Below are positions 1-16,208 of a stretch of 64,000 bases of DNA, piece by piece. The notes below the pieces were generated by a model that worked only from the letters and a program-made list of their open reading frames with translations, did not search any database and was not told the origin of the DNA. Each line of letters opens with the position of its first letter. Within the stretch, counting starts at the first letter, position 1. The translations under genes and the position numbers were made by a program. The stretch is from assembly GCA_964016885.1 (NCBI GenBank), contig OZ024747.1:55428001-55492000 (forward strand). Direction: 5' to 3'. The DNA is from Eledone cirrhosa (Eukaryota).

Positions 1-57
<57 letters not shown>

Positions 58-255
58 CGAAGGAAAAGTGGTAAGGAACCAGGTGGACCATAACGCACCA
101 AAGTACTCAATACTTAGGGTAGTAGAGTCGGTAATAGGAACGAGTAGGACCCCGACGGCTGAGCTTAAGCCGTTTCGACGGCTAATTCTGGACTAAATAG
201 TCAAAGAATTAGCCGTCGAAACGGCTTGAGCTCAGCCGTCGGCGTCCTACTCGTT

Positions 256-260
<5 letters not shown>
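58..260. mobile_element. Fold-back mini-element between (TA)n tracts (arms 134-195 / 198-260, plus unpaired 58-133 extension)
   Basis: ataggaacgagtaggaccccgacggctgagcttaagccgtttcgacggctaattct is followed by its near-exact reverse complement ending ...cctactcgttcctat; (TA)n on both sides. Confidence 0.75.
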
Positions 261-303
<43 letters not shown>

Positions 304-715
304 GTTCAGCTGGAGTAGGTGCTCTTCAAACTATTATCCTGTGATTTAAAATTGTTTCTTCCTTTGAGTACATCATCTTTAATTTTTTTTCTTTCGTTGT
401 TTTAAGTATAGAAATATAATACTTTATTGTAGTTTTTCGGCCAGGTCGGCGTCCATTATTCTATTTTTTTCCACGATGCTTTGTTACAATTTTCTATCTA
501 CGAATGTTTCTTATTCTCCAATACATCCATTCACTAATCTGGTTTAATATCACCATCTGCATCGTAGTTGCTTTTAACTTAGTCAACTCCTACTATAATC
601 ATTTAGTCCAGGTTTCCCATTTGAGGCTATTGTCCATTCTTCCGTCTTTTTTTTAGTTTCAGAGGTCCTTGAAAAGCCTTCCTTCACTGGTTAAACATTA
701 AACAATATCTGGTTT

Positions 716-1125
716 ATTGGTGGTGGTGGTGGTGTTGTTGGTGTTATTGTGTTGTTGTTGTTGGGGGGGGGGGGGTATTGCTGGTGTTGGTGGTTGTTGT
801 CGTAGTGGGGGTGGTTATGGTGTTAGTGGTTGTGGTGTTGGTGGTGTTGATGTTGATGGTGGTGGTGGTGGTGGCGTTGGTGGTGGTGGTAGTGTTGTCG
901 GTAGTGATGATGGTGTTAATGGTGTTGGCTGTGGTGGTGTTAATGGCGTCGGCGATGTCCACAGTGGTAGCCATTGATACAGTTGGAAAAATCTACTTCA
1001 TTTACGGCTGCTGGACGAGATATTATGTTTTGGTTACTGTTGTTGATTTTACTGCTATTGTTGCTACTGGTGTTGTTGTTGTTGTTGTTCTGCTGCTGCT
1101 ACTGATGGTGCTGCTGTCATTGTTT
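716..1125. repeat. Degenerate (GGT/GTT)n trinucleotide low-complexity tract
   Basis: Visible in sequence; source of poly-V/G/T pseudo-ORFs. Confidence 0.9.
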
Positions 1126-1419
1126 TCTGTACTAAGACTGTTCCACTCTTTGGACAACCGTCTAGCGGACGCAACATTTTTGAACGCCTCTTAATTTGCC
1201 CAAATAATTGAGGAACATGTTTGATAAACTAACACAAGTTTAGACCGTAAGGGCTACAGGTAAAGCTCAACTAGTTCACAAAGATACTGGTTAAATTAAC
1301 TACAAAACAGTCCTAAAATGTTGAATAAGGTGGGTTGAATAACAGTGTGAAAATAGAATAAATCAACGGAGTGATTTATTATGTTGTGTTTCGACATGAA
1401 GCAAGAAAAATAATAATAA

Positions 1420-1636
1420 CTCTTCTTACTTTTATGCCCAAGGCCAGCAGTTTGAAGGGAAGAGAAAGACAACTAAATCGCCACCAGTTTATTTATTACT
1501 GGTACTTTATTTTATCAACCCCATAAGGATGAAAAGCAAAGCTAAGCTCGGCGGGATTTGAACTTAGAACGTAAAGGACCGTAACTCTATGCAACGAAGC
1601 ATGGTCTCCGATGCTCTACCGTTACTGCCAATCCAT
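1420..1636 (-). mobile_element. tRNA-derived SINE (family A, the most abundant SINE in the window)
   Basis: Minus strand has A-box-like tggcagtaacggtaga, B-box-like gttcaaatcccgccgag and central gcttttcatccttatggggttgataaaataaagtaccag, shared with more than 10 copies. Confidence 0.85.
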
Positions 1637-1659
1637 TAATAATAATAATAACAACAATA

Positions 1660-2095
1660 AAGCAACTGTGCTCTAGGATATGCCAATACACGATCATGGA
1701 GATCAATACCAACCGATAGGATATTATATTTAAATACCAAAGACGACAATATATCTACAATATATCTATTAAGACCTAATAATAGATATCTGTAAAGACC
1801 TAATAATAGATATTAACAAAACTTGGATGATGAAACCAGAAACAATAATAGAGGCTCTGGAAATGAAACAAAACACACACACACTCAGACAGAACATAAC
1901 CAAAACGCCAGAATTTACGTATATATATATATATACAGCATACAAAAAGTAGCACTATTAAGCACATCACACATATGAAAAGTACTCTCAATACAATAGA
2001 AAAAAAACACAACCAAAACCACACTGTACATACCCAAGGCACACAAAGCAGTGCTGAGTATTGCAGTAACAACATTCACTAAAACTAAGACTAAT
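1660..2095 (+). pseudogene. Decayed R4/Dong-like LINE 3' end (restriction-like endonuclease region)
   Basis: Fragmentary translation KATVL*DMPIH...IYSIQKVALLSTSHI matches the R4/Dong C-terminal pattern (WD..I.TD / LQK.ALLGT..IL); flanked by (TAA)n. Confidence 0.5.
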
Positions 2096-2221
2096 AATAA
2101 TAAACTCGGAAGGATTTGATCTCAAAACGTAAAGGGACGTAGTTCTACACTACAAATCATGATCTCGGACGCTCTGCTGCTACTGCTAATTCATCATTTT
2201 TTAGCAGTAATAATAGCCATA

Positions 2222-2430
2222 ATGGTTTCTAAGTTAGGCACAAGTCTAACAGTTTTGAGGGAGTGAAAAGTCCACAAAATCGAACCAGTGTATTACAGGT
2301 ATTTTATTTCATAGAACCAGTAAGGATGAAATGCAAAGCTAACCTCGGCGGGATTTGAACTCAGACCGTTAAGAGCCGTAACTCTATACTGCAAAGCATG
2401 TTGTCCGGCATTCTACCGATACTGCTAATC
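2222..2430 (-). mobile_element. SINE family A copy (a partial head copy also at ~2107-2190)
   Basis: aacctcggcgggatttgaactcaga and aaggatgaaatgcaaag motifs. Confidence 0.85.
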
Positions 2431-3290
2431 TAATAAGGAAATAACATAAAACTAGTCAGAATTTCGAATAAAAACCAGGAAAACAAACCCAAAGTCTTCA
2501 ATCTAAGTGAAAACACTAAATTATTTTTTTTGAATCGTAGTTGATGTATTGAATAGAAACAGACCATAATTTAATCAATTTTGGTAAGGGCAGGGTAAAG
2601 GTGGGTTCGTGGAATACGCATGCGTGTGTATACGTGTGAATGTGCGTGTGTATGTGTATGTACGTGTGTGTGTTCATGCGTATGTCCTTGTGCGTGTGGA
2701 TGTGCATACGTATTTACATGTGTATGCGCGTGTGTATGTGCGTGTATGTGTGAATATGCGTGAACCATGGAGGGAGGGTGTTTGTTTAGATTTATTTAAT
2801 CTGTCAGGTATGAGGTATAAATCTTTTAAAATAGTTTCTCAAAATATCTGAAAAAGTGAGGTTGGGTTGTTAACAGTATGATTCCTTCTTCTCATGAACC
2901 AGTATGTATATCTATCTATCTTTGTATGTATTTATGTTTGTGTATGAGTGTATGTGTGTATTTATGTATATGTAAGTATATGTATGCATGTATGTATGTA
3001 TTTACGTATATGTATCTATGTGAGTATGTATGTGGGTATGTATGTGTGAATCTATGTATGAGTGTATGTATATCTGTATGTATATGTGTATGTATGCGTG
3101 TATGTATGTATATATATGTATGTAGGCATGTGAGTATGCATATATGTATGTATGTCTGAAAGGGGTCGAGGGGGATATTTGTTGGGGGTAGTTATGTGTG
3201 GTGGTAGTTTTATATTTATTTGTTGTTTGCTCTTGCATTCTGAGTTCATTGTTACTGCAGCTGTCGTATTAGTTGTTGTTGCTGGCATCG

Positions 3291-3355
<65 letters not shown>

Positions 3356-3442
3356 TGGTAATTTGTGCACTTCTTTTCTTTAATATAAAATAACTTTAAA
3401 ATAATATAGCTTCCGAATGTTTATGATACGTATTATCTATTA

Positions 3443-3562
<120 letters not shown>

Positions 3563-3722
3563 CTGTGTGTGTGTGCGCATGTGTGGGTGTGTGTGTATGT
3601 ATAGAAAGAGAAAGGGGGAGAGAGTGAGTGAGAGATAGAATAACTTATACAAAGTGTCCAACGGATAGTTTCCTAGTAAATCTATATAAAATAATACATT
3701 TTAGATAAAACAATATTTATTA

Positions 3723-3787
<65 letters not shown>

Positions 3788-3825
3788 CATATATATATAT
3801 ATAAGTCTAAAGTCTGCCTTATGCC

Positions 3826-3990
3826 AGAAGTTTCATGGCTTGAAGTGACTGAAAGTACAAGACTCTCTCCTGGACAGGACGCCAGACCATCGCTAGGTTT
3901 AACCTCCAGCAAATGCTGGTACTCATTTTCAGCTGAATATTCTGGGGCAACGTGAAATGAAGTGTTTTGCTCTAGAACCCAGGAATCCAA
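3826..3990 (-). mobile_element. CORE-like SINE fragment (family B)
   Basis: Minus strand ctagagcaaaacacttcatttcacgttgccccagaatattcagctgaaaatgagtacc, similar to 4482-4745. Confidence 0.6.
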
Positions 3991-4481
3991 CCTAAGACGC
4001 GCGCGCGCACGCACCACAAACACACACATACACACACACACACATATATATATATATAGAGAGAGAGAGAGTGAGAAAGAGAACGAGAAGGAGGGAGAGA
4101 GAGAGAGAGAGAACGAGAAGGAGGGAGTGAGTGAGTGAGAAAGAGAATAACCTATACAAAGTGTATTTCCTAGTAAGTCTATCTAAAATAATACAGCTTA
4201 ACCATCAATCTTTCACTTACTGCAGTTTCGACCATCAAGAAACAACATTGACTATTTCAATGAAATAAATAAGGCAATACTGGAAGAAGATAATCCCTTC
4301 AGAGGGTATTCTTCGAAAGAGTAAAATATTCACATATTAGTAAACGGAATTAATCCTTACTGATCCAGCGTGATGTATCAAATTACACGTATGCATGGAT
4401 CAACTAGCTAGAGTAATATCTGTATATCACAGCCATAGTAGGACTCAAGAAGTAGGCCACATATAACCTATCCTTTTCTAC

Positions 4482-4745
4482 GACCCCCAATGGTCACTCA
4501 TGACCGTGGTTATGCCCCTAGAAATGTTCCCTCCTAGGAACAAGCCTGGGCAAGGTTTGTTTGTAGAAGGCCAGCAGTCACCATGCATAACGGTCTCCCC
4601 TCTCCATGCCACCAATGTTATCCATGGGAAAGGCTGTGGCGGATACAGCTTGGCCCCAGTGACGTTGCAACTCATTTCTACAGCCCATTGAACTGGAACA
4701 ACGCGAAATAAAGTGTCTTGCTGAAGGACACAACACATCATCCGT
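4482..4745 (-). mobile_element. CORE-like SINE (family B) with a different 3' tail
   Basis: Minus strand gtgttgtgtccttcagcaagacactttatttcgcgttg resembles the CORE domain (tgtgaccttgggcaagtcactt); related pieces at ~10420-10495 (+) and ~43330-43440 (-). Confidence 0.65.
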
Positions 4746-4771
4746 TGTGCACATATATATATATATGTGTA

Positions 4772-4829
<58 letters not shown>

Positions 4830-4885
4830 TGTCTGTCTGTCTGTCTGTCTGTATGTCTGGCTGTCTGTCTGTCTGTCTGTCTGCA

Positions 4886-4917
<32 letters not shown>

Positions 4918-6977
4918 GGTCTGTCTGTCTTTGGGATTATATGTGTTATATAAAATCCATTTTCCCTTCACTGTTTTTAATGTAGCCTTTTATTAACATC
5001 ATAATATAAACATTAATGAAATACTTTTTTCTGACAAACAGATTAGAACCTGCCTAACTGTTGACTCAACCAATACATCATAAAATATACAGGCATGTGA
5101 AAAATGAGCTAAAATTCAGAAAATAAATATTACATAACTATATATATATATATATATATATACATAAAATAAACAAATGTCAAGTGTGAAAAATTAAATA
5201 GCTATGAAAATAAAATACAGCGATATTAGCTATTTCATACTTTTATTCACATTTAACCAGTCAGCACATTTTTATTTTTCTACGTTTAATTTCATTTCAT
5301 TTAAACACTTTTATATATTTTTTGTATTTTCCTTCATTTTATCACTATCATTTTTATCCCACCTACTTGTACAGCCCTCTTATTGGAGCAATTAATTGAT
5401 TATGTTCTGCTGTGTTTCTTGTTGTAATTGCAATAGCTATTTTGATTATTATCATATATGATTTTGTTTCTGTTTTGTTTTTTTATATATTATAGTTTAT
5501 TAGACCATCAAAAATATTTTTAATATGTTTTTAATATTTTTATATCAAGCATCATTTAGTATTTTTCATCTGTTGCGCTCTAAAGCTATTTGTTGCGCTT
5601 TATTAAAACAGTAAACAAACATGATATCAATAAAAACATAATTACAAAAAATAAATAAATAATTAAAAATAAATAATTAAAAATATCGTCAAAATGTAAA
5701 AAAAAAATATGAATCACGGTTTGATTTACTCTCTAATAAATTAATTTTATATTATATTCTTTCCTATAATTTTATATTTAAAATGCGAAAGAAAAAAAAT
5801 TGTAAAATTTATGAATGGAAATCAGCCATTTTTAGCGCAAGTAGCTGCAATAAAATATTGAATATTGTTTTAGAAAAAAAAATTTAAGAGAAAAATTTGA
5901 TATAACATATGCAAAACGAAAAAAATGCAATAAAGATTGGCCATCTTGTATTTTTATTTTATGAATATATTTTTCAACTTCATCAATGTTTATGTTATCC
6001 GTGTAAAATTTATATATTTTTATAAGCGTTGTTTTATATTTCATCTGCCATTTTAAAATATAATTTGTTGCATTAATTCGTTTTTTTTTCTTTTTACAAT
6101 TAAATTCTTATTCTCAAGCGTCGCCAAGAATATGGCATTTTTTTTAGAGATTGGTGCCTGTGAGCAGAAATACATTATATTTTTATTATTTTGCTAGTTT
6201 CAACCGACGGTGCCACGGTAATTTGTTATTTAATCGATCATATCGATTAAATAACTAGAAGAAGAAGTAAGGCAATGCTTCTTGTCAAACCGTAAGGTAG
6301 TTTTACATAGACTAATAGTGGTTTCTTCATTAATCATACAGAAGAGAAAGAGTAGGCAGAAACTGAAGAGTAGGAAGATTGATGGATGGATGGATTGGGG
6401 CACCTTGGTGTCTACGTTTTCAGCTGATAATACAAAACCATTTCAACAACTTAATCCTCTAAGATCTGGAAGGGAGAAACAATGGCCATCAATACACACT
6501 GACACATCTTCAAATCAATTATGTTATTCCACTCTCACTCACAGTAGAAGGTTCTGTTGTTTGAGCAATTGGATCACTCATCGTTGACTCCGGCGGAAAT
6601 CCGATGCAACAACATTAAACCTCACATTGTTTCTTCATCAGGAAAATTGTGATAATTTCTAATTAACCTGCAAATGATTCTTATGATACGCACATGTTTA
6701 GTATACTGCAGCAACGCCACATCAGCTCATCCCTGGTTCCAATACTCCCAGCTGGTAACATACGGGGTAACAGAAAAGAATTCATTTCCCTTTCCTAGTC
6801 TGTCAATCTTTCAGATTTGATTGTTTGCCACTCTTTTTTTTAAATGGTTATTTCCATAACTATGACCAAAATATGACTGAATAAAACAGGTCATTTAAGT
6901 GAAATAAATCTTTTATGAAAAATGTATAATTAACGATTGTGTAAATGCATATATATGCAGTTCTATATCTGGTTGTT

Positions 6978-7026
<49 letters not shown>

Positions 7027-7192
7027 ATGTGTGTGTGTGTATGTGTGTGTGTTTGTGTGCGCGTGTGTGTGTGGATGCGTGTGTGTGTAGGTGACTCTAT
7101 GAATATGTATATCTATATTTCTATAACCCTCTATACGTGTATTGTATACATACATACACATACAAACACACACTCACACACGCACAAACACA

Positions 7193-7260
<68 letters not shown>

Positions 7261-7549
7261 TGTTTTATGTGTAATATATATCATCAAAGTAATATGTTGA
7301 AAATATTCAGAGACATTAATTTTGAAATGAAAATAAAGTAAATTGAATCGTAAATGGAAACAAAATATGAATTTAAATAAGAGTGTAAAAATACAAAATG
7401 TTGAAGGAAAAAATACTATACTTTGATAAATATCTAAAAACTCAAATTAGAAGTGACATTGACGAAAATAAAAATGGTAATGTATGTGTGACAGGAAGCA
7501 AGAAATAGGCCATAAAAGGAATTAATAATAAGAACAACAATGATAACAG

Positions 7550-7570
7550 TTATAGCAGTAGCAGCAGCAA

Positions 7571-7603
<33 letters not shown>

Positions 7604-7616
7604 CAGCAGTAGTAGT

Positions 7617-7672
<56 letters not shown>

Positions 7673-7718
7673 CAGTAGCAGTAGTAGCAGAAGTAGTAGT
7701 AGTAGTAGCAGTAGCAGC

Positions 7719-7750
<32 letters not shown>

Positions 7751-7800
7751 CAGTTGCTGTTGTTTTTGTTGTTGATGTTGTTATTGTTGCTGTTGTAGTG
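7550..7800. repeat. (GTA/GCA)n microsatellite
   Basis: Visible in sequence. Confidence 0.95.
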
Positions 7801-7959
7801 CTTCTAGTAGATGCAGTAATACCAATAACAAAATAACAACAATAACAACATTAAAAATGATAATAAAATAGTAATAATAATGATTTTTTTTCGTTGTTAT
7901 TCATTTTATAAAAATAATATTATTATTATTATCTATTTATTATCCTTATTATCCTTATT

Positions 7960-8016
<57 letters not shown>

Positions 8017-8635
8017 ATTATGTTTGATACGAGGACGATAATAATTACAATAGAAAGACCAAAAAAAATGATTAATTATAATAATCATAATAACGATAAC
8101 ACGAATAACGTTCCTTGTTAAAATCAAGCTTAACTGGATTCCTATATTTTAATATTGCCAAAGTACAAAGTCTTTAAATGTATTGAAAAATGTTTTGTCA
8201 AAGAACATCAAAGATTTTTACTTTTAGTTATTTATATTTAGTTATTGATTTTTTAAAGTTTATTTATATTTTATTTACTTTTTATTGTTTTTTTTTTTTA
8301 AGTGTGTTCTGTTTAATTTAGTTTCTTCTATTCTGTTGAATTCCTCGAGGAATTGAATAATGTTACTAGTTGGTATAAAGTATTAAAGAATGTACTTGAA
8401 AACTAATAAAGCGTTAAGATGGCGAAATAAGGAAGAAAACATTTTAGAAAAATATTATAGAAATATAAAAGAAAAATTGAAAATAGACTGATAAAGAAAA
8501 AGAAGAAGAGAGAGTAAGACAGAAAGTCAGAGAAGGAGAGAAATTGCAAGATGACAGTGAGTGGAAGGGAGAGTAAGAGGAAGAAAAAAGAGAAGAAGAG
8601 AGAGAGAATGAGCAAGTGAAGTGATGGTGAGAGAG

Positions 8636-9205
8636 AAGTAGAGATGGTGGAAGGGAAATAGAGATGGTGAGAAGGAAATAGAGATAGTGAGAGTGAAATA
8701 GAGATGGTGAGAGTGAAACAGAGCTAGAGAGAGGGAAATAGAGATGGTGAGAGGGAAATAGAGATGGTGAGAGTGAAACAGAGATGGTGAGAGTGAAACA
8801 GAGATTGTGAGAGGGAAATAGAGATGGTGAGAGTGAAATAGAGATGGTGAGAGTGAAATAGAGATTGTGAGAGGGAAATAGAGATGGTGAGAGTGAAATA
8901 GAGATGGTGAGAGTGAAATAGAGATTGTGAGAGGGAAATAGAGATGGTGAGAGTGAAATAGAGATTGTGAGAGGGAAATAGAGATGGTGAGAGTGAAATA
9001 GAGATTGTGAGAGTGAAATAGAGATGGTGAGAGTGAAATAGAGATCGTGAGAGTGATATATATAGATTGTGAGAGGGAAATAGAGATGGTAGAGGGAAAT
9101 AGAGATGGTTAGAGTGAAATAGAGATAGTGATAGAGAATTAGAGATCGTGAGAGGGAAATAGAGATAGTGAGAGGGAATTAGAGATGGTGAGAGTGCAAT
9201 AGAAA
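8636..9205. repeat. 20-bp minisatellite (GAGATGGTGAGAGTGAAATA)n, ~28 units
   Basis: Units align in register with the 60-nt lines 8641-9050. Confidence 0.95.
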
Positions 9206-9526
9206 TGGAATAAAAGACGATAAAAGTAAATGAGAGAAGAATGGAATATCAATGCGACACAAAAAGCAAACAAAAAATGGAGGATTCAATGATGCGGTGT
9301 CTGTGTGTGTGCGTAATTGTGTGTTTGTGTGTTTTGTGTATGCTTGCATGTGCATATGTGCTTATGTGTTAGCGTGTTATGAGTGTAAGTGCCAATGTGT
9401 ATATATGCGTGCATGCATGAGAGTATATAAGTGTGTGCGTGTTTAAAGAATGATATTTCCCATATAAGTAACAGTAAATTAAATGAACGTTGAATTACTA
9501 TGATATATGTATATTTATTCAATTAT

Positions 9527-9593
<67 letters not shown>

Positions 9594-11093
9594 TTATATA
9601 CATATATATACTTATATACATATATATATATATATACGTATATATACATATATATATGAGTGTGTAATCATGAAAAAAATTACCATAAAATTTCAAATAC
9701 AGCAAGAACAATGACGAAACTCCTTTGAGCTTTTATTTATGTGTTTCTCTTTTAATTGTTTTGCCAATATTTAGGCTCTGGGACACATAAATTAAAATGG
9801 AAATGACCAGAATGACTTTTCAAATATCTCATCTTATATTTAAGGCAGCGACTTGTTAGAATTCCGGTTAGAATGCTTTGCGGTAATTGTTCTAAATCTA
9901 TACACTCTGAATTCAAATCACACTGAAGTTACCCTTATCTTTCATCCTTTTCAGACCTAAAGATCAATTAGTAGTACTGCGTTTGATTATCTCTTTCTCT
10001 CTTTCTCTTTCTCTCTCACTCTTTCTCTCTCGCTCTCTCTCCCTATCTATTCCTCTATCTCGCTCTTTCCCTCTCTCTCGTCATTTTTCTCTGTAAAATA
10101 TATGCTATGTTCACCTCTAGATTAAAATGGAGGATCACGCTCCACCAAGTTGAAGACGCAAGACTGGAAAACATGCCCTGACAAACAGGATATGGATTAG
10201 AAATAATAAAGAATTTACAACTTCATCAGGTAATGATCGCGTGGGAAGAGACGGAGAAACCCTAACCCGTTTTATTTAGAATAAGTATATGTATCATGGT
10301 GTATTCATTATTGGTTTATTCAGTTGCAAGAATTCTGAGGATAAATTCTCCTCTTCACCTTCCAGAATCGGATATCTAATGTATGTTTCCTTGTGGTAGA
10401 TGTGTTGGACTCATTACAATAAGGTTGAGGGTTCGATATCTAGATTGAGTGCTGTGTTGTGTTCTTGAGTAATACATTTAATTTCACGTTTCTTTTCGTG
10501 TTAGGATTATCCTTAAAACACCCACGCAGCCTTCCACACAACCTGGTACGAGGCTACATAAAACATCATAGGTGAGAATCATAAATGTGTTTTAGTCCAA
10601 TGTTTTTTTCTAGAGTATTGTGTAGGTCGAAAGGTGAGGAATAGACATTAATTATCTTTGCAATCCAGTTCATGTAAAGATATGGTTTGCAACTGTTGTA
10701 TACTTGGTCACGGATGCAACACACTTGCTGTGTTATAATAGTATTAATATGTAAGTGTGGAAAGAGTTAGCAAAAGGATCGTAATTTGATTCAATGTGTA
10801 ACATATAAACAATCTGATGAGGTAAAAATATAGGCCAAAACATAATGCATTGGAAAGGTTCCGATGATCCAAAATGTAAAGACAAATATATATATATATA
10901 TAAATATATATAGATATAGATATATCGACGACACATATATGTATATACACACGTATATATATATATATATATGTATATATATACATATATATATATATAC
11001 ATGTATATACACACACATATATATATATATATACATATATATATGTGTGCATATATATAGGTGTGTATGTATATATATATATATATGTGTATG

Positions 11094-11126
<33 letters not shown>

Positions 11127-11370
11127 GTATGTATATACATAGATATATACACACATTATAATTCAATTTAAGAGCCAAATAAGTTCATCTGCATCTAGAT
11201 TGCATCGTGTAGCGAATGTTTGACATGCATTGAAAGGTTGCTAATAACAACACATCCAGTGATGTGAAATGTTATTACGTCATGAGACTGTAACACAATG
11301 GTCAATATGTCATCTCATAAAGTACTTGATATTATAGAAAGTATCCCGAAAGTATTGATTCAATTCCTAC

Positions 11371-11408
<38 letters not shown>

Positions 11409-11961
11409 AATATATATATATATATATGTATGATAATATATATACACATATCTGTATACTTATGTCTATATATAAGTTTATATATACACATACACATAGA
11501 GACACACAAACACGCACTCACACACACACACATACACACTCACACACACATATATATATATATATATGCGTATATTTATACATGCGTAAAATATCTTATA
11601 TATATGTTTATGCATATCTCAATGTATTAACAATTTGCGATAGCTATACACTGTGTGAGAAATGGGATAACATTATGTGTGCGAGAATATATATAATAAA
11701 GAATGCACTCTTTTACAACGTGTAACATTCATGGACAATTATTTACATAGGCACACGCATACTCACACACAGACATATATATATGTATATATATGTGTGT
11801 GTGTGTGTAGGTGTGGATATGTTTGTATAGGAATACACATGTATGCGAATATGTCTGTACATATATACATATATACATTATATATACATTATATATACAT
11901 TTTATTCATATGGAACGGTATTGTTTCGGCGTGTGTACCTATATTATGCATACTCACTCAC

Positions 11962-12847
<886 letters not shown>

Positions 12848-12902
12848 GATAAAATATTAAACAAATAATGAACAAACAATTCCTTATATTAAACAAAAAA
12901 AG

Positions 12903-13057
12903 TTCACTATTTAACGATCGTTTCTAGGGCATATATGTGTTATAATTGGTATGCATATTTAACAGATCTATGTACAAAATTATACAAAATTATACAAATT
13001 ATCAAGATTAAATATACATACCTAACTCATATATACGCCGTCTTCAGAAATAATGAA
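12903..13057 (-). ncRNA. Type-I hammerhead ribozyme motif (left-arm copy, sense to the PLE ORF)
   Basis: Reverse complement of 19766-19920. Confidence 0.7.
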
Positions 13058-13820
13058 GTATATTTATTGATAATAACAACAATTCAAAATGTCAGTTCAA
13101 AATTGACCAATGAAAACACAAAGGGTTAAAAGCAGTTTGGTGTGTGTATATACATGCAAAAACCTTACACATATTTTACAATAATGTGTGTATAATTTGT
13201 ATGTGTATACTAAAAAGATGGATGTAAACACAAAATTTCAAGGTTAATATCTCTGTAAGCTTAATGCGCTGATAAGATACGCAAAGATACTTATGGAGTC
13301 AAGCATATAAATATATTTTTTTCATACTCACACATATCAGTATAATCACACATACATGTGCGTATATGCATAAATATACACATAACCACGAACATACAAA
13401 TACACACACTCCCCCACTCACATTTATATATGTGGATATAAAATCATAAGCAAATAGAAATTAAGTCACTCACATAAAAACACTGGTACACACATTTCAA
13501 GATCAAGATACAGAAATTAGGTGGGAGGGGGGGGAGGGGTCAGTATTAGATTGTCAGACCAGACAGCCTAAAATAAATGTATCTATAAATTAAGAAAAAT
13601 AAAAAAATAAAAATAAAAACAATAAAATATAATAAATGTACATACACATACAGATATACATACACATACATACATGTACGCGCACATAGAGATATCTACA
13701 CATACATACATACACACATACCTATACTGTCATACACACACATACATTTACACGAACATACACATACACATATAAAAAGATATAAATACACACACACTCA
13801 CGCGCAACACATACACACAT

Positions 13821-13857
<37 letters not shown>

Positions 13858-13878
13858 TATACACACACACATAGACTC

Positions 13879-13910
<32 letters not shown>

Positions 13911-13968
13911 ATACAAACATATATATCCCCACACTCATACCACCATAAATATACATACAAACACCCAC

Positions 13969-14004
<36 letters not shown>

Positions 14005-14094
14005 ACATACACACACGTACACATATATATATATACATATACACATATATACACATACACATATATATATACACACACATAAAAAACAGACATG

Positions 14095-14125
<31 letters not shown>

Positions 14126-14383
14126 TTCATTACTCTTATATATACACATAGTATATATACATACACAACCTCACTTATACACATATACACATAAGTTATA
14201 TTACAATAATAATAAAGAATAATATATATATATATATATACATATATACACACATATACATATATACATATACATATATATATACACACACATACATACA
14301 CATACATACATACACCTAAACATATACATACATAAATATACACATACGAATAAAGACATATATTCACACATAGATACGCATAT

Positions 14384-14419
<36 letters not shown>

Positions 14420-16208
14420 ATATATATACACATACATACATACATATATATACACATATATATACACATACACACACACACACACACACAGACACACATA
14501 CACACTCACATATACATATATATATATATGTGTATGTGAGTGTGCGCAAATACATATATATATACACACACACATATAAACACACACAAACACATACATA
14601 TGCATATATGCACACACACACACATATATCACATAGATACGAAGATAAACATATAAATAGAGAGACATACGAATATATACAGAACCCATATACACATACA
14701 TACAACCACGCATATACATATATATACATATATACACATATATATATTCCTATATACAAGCATACACATACATACACATATATACATATACATACACATA
14801 TACATACCACACATTCACATACACATACATATATAATACATATATATACATATATATACATACATATGTATGTACAATCATATATACACACTCAATCTTA
14901 CATTCATATTTACATGCTCATATATGTATTTTTATATTTAGAAATAAATACCAAAACCTATATAGACACCCACCTACACATATATTCATACATATACTCT
15001 TACAAAAACAGATGATAATAGTATGGGGGAAAGGGGGGGTTTGGAGAAGGGGATCAAAGTAAATATATGTTTCAAGAAACATATAATATTTTCCGTATCT
15101 TAATTCAATGTATGTTCTTACATATTTTCAGTGCTAGGAAATACGAAATCTATGCATCCCAAAATAAAAAAGTATACCATTAATCATATGTTAACTAAAC
15201 CAAAGATAGTCAACATATTGATTTCCAAGGTGTAAATTAGTTAGGTTTATAATATTTGAAGCAAAATTATGAAGTCAAACAGTAGTAGATTATTAATTAC
15301 ATTATAACTAAATTAAAGTTAATAACGTTATGGTATCAATATTAGGAGATGAATTTAGTAATAGGGAAAAGAAACCCAAATAAAAATAAAATAAAGTATT
15401 ACATCGGTAGTAGCATATAAATTATATGTTAACTAAATTAAAAATTATATATTTATTTCAATAGTATACGTTAATTAGTATATGTTAATTAGGTATACAA
15501 TACATAAAGCAGATATTGTATTTCATCAATAGCATAATATAATTATATGCAAATAAAAATCAAAATAAATACGCATACACATACATATACATACACATAT
15601 ACATATATATACATATACACACATATATATATATATATATACATATATATACACATACATACATATATAGTCATCTAAATATACATACAGATACACATAC
15701 AATACACACATATACATATACATATAGATATACATATCTCTTTCAAAAAATTGCACAGAATATATTAACTAGGTATATATCCAAAACACATCCCATTCTA
15801 TGATTACATGACATTCTGCAATTCGTCTGTACAAGGATACTAATTTTAAGCAAATTAAAATTAAAGTTTTAGGTTGATTAAAACTAAAACCAAATAATAA
15901 ATATATTTCCAAAATGTATATTAATTAGGTCTATAATACTAAAAATTCTTTCTCCGTCATAGGATACATGATATTATTTTGTTATATTTTATCTGTAAAA
16001 GAATTATAATAAAAAAAATTATAGTAAAAGGTTAAAATAAATTAAAATTAATATATAAATTAAATTACTGAGTATATATTAGTAATATTTAAAGGTTTTT
16101 CAAAATTTATGATTACATAATATTTTCTCATCTGTAATAAAATATTAATTAAATTAAATTTATAGGTTAACTAACATTTAAATTAAATTAAATTCTAGAA
16201 TAATGTTA

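Noticed and set aside
300-710. Possible decayed LINE endonuclease region on the minus strand
   Set aside because: Too many stops and no diagnostic motif readable by eye
1130-1300. LFHSLDNRL..ATF resembling a mariner transposase C-terminus
   Set aside because: Single short motif with no TIR found; insufficient support
5200-6800. AT-rich, coding-looking stretches, possibly exon or viral/transposon relic
   Set aside because: Frames are broken and no family is recognisable; needs tBLASTx/HMM search
8636-9205. Regular repeat array as CRISPR-like
   Set aside because: Head-to-tail units without unique spacers; eukaryotic context
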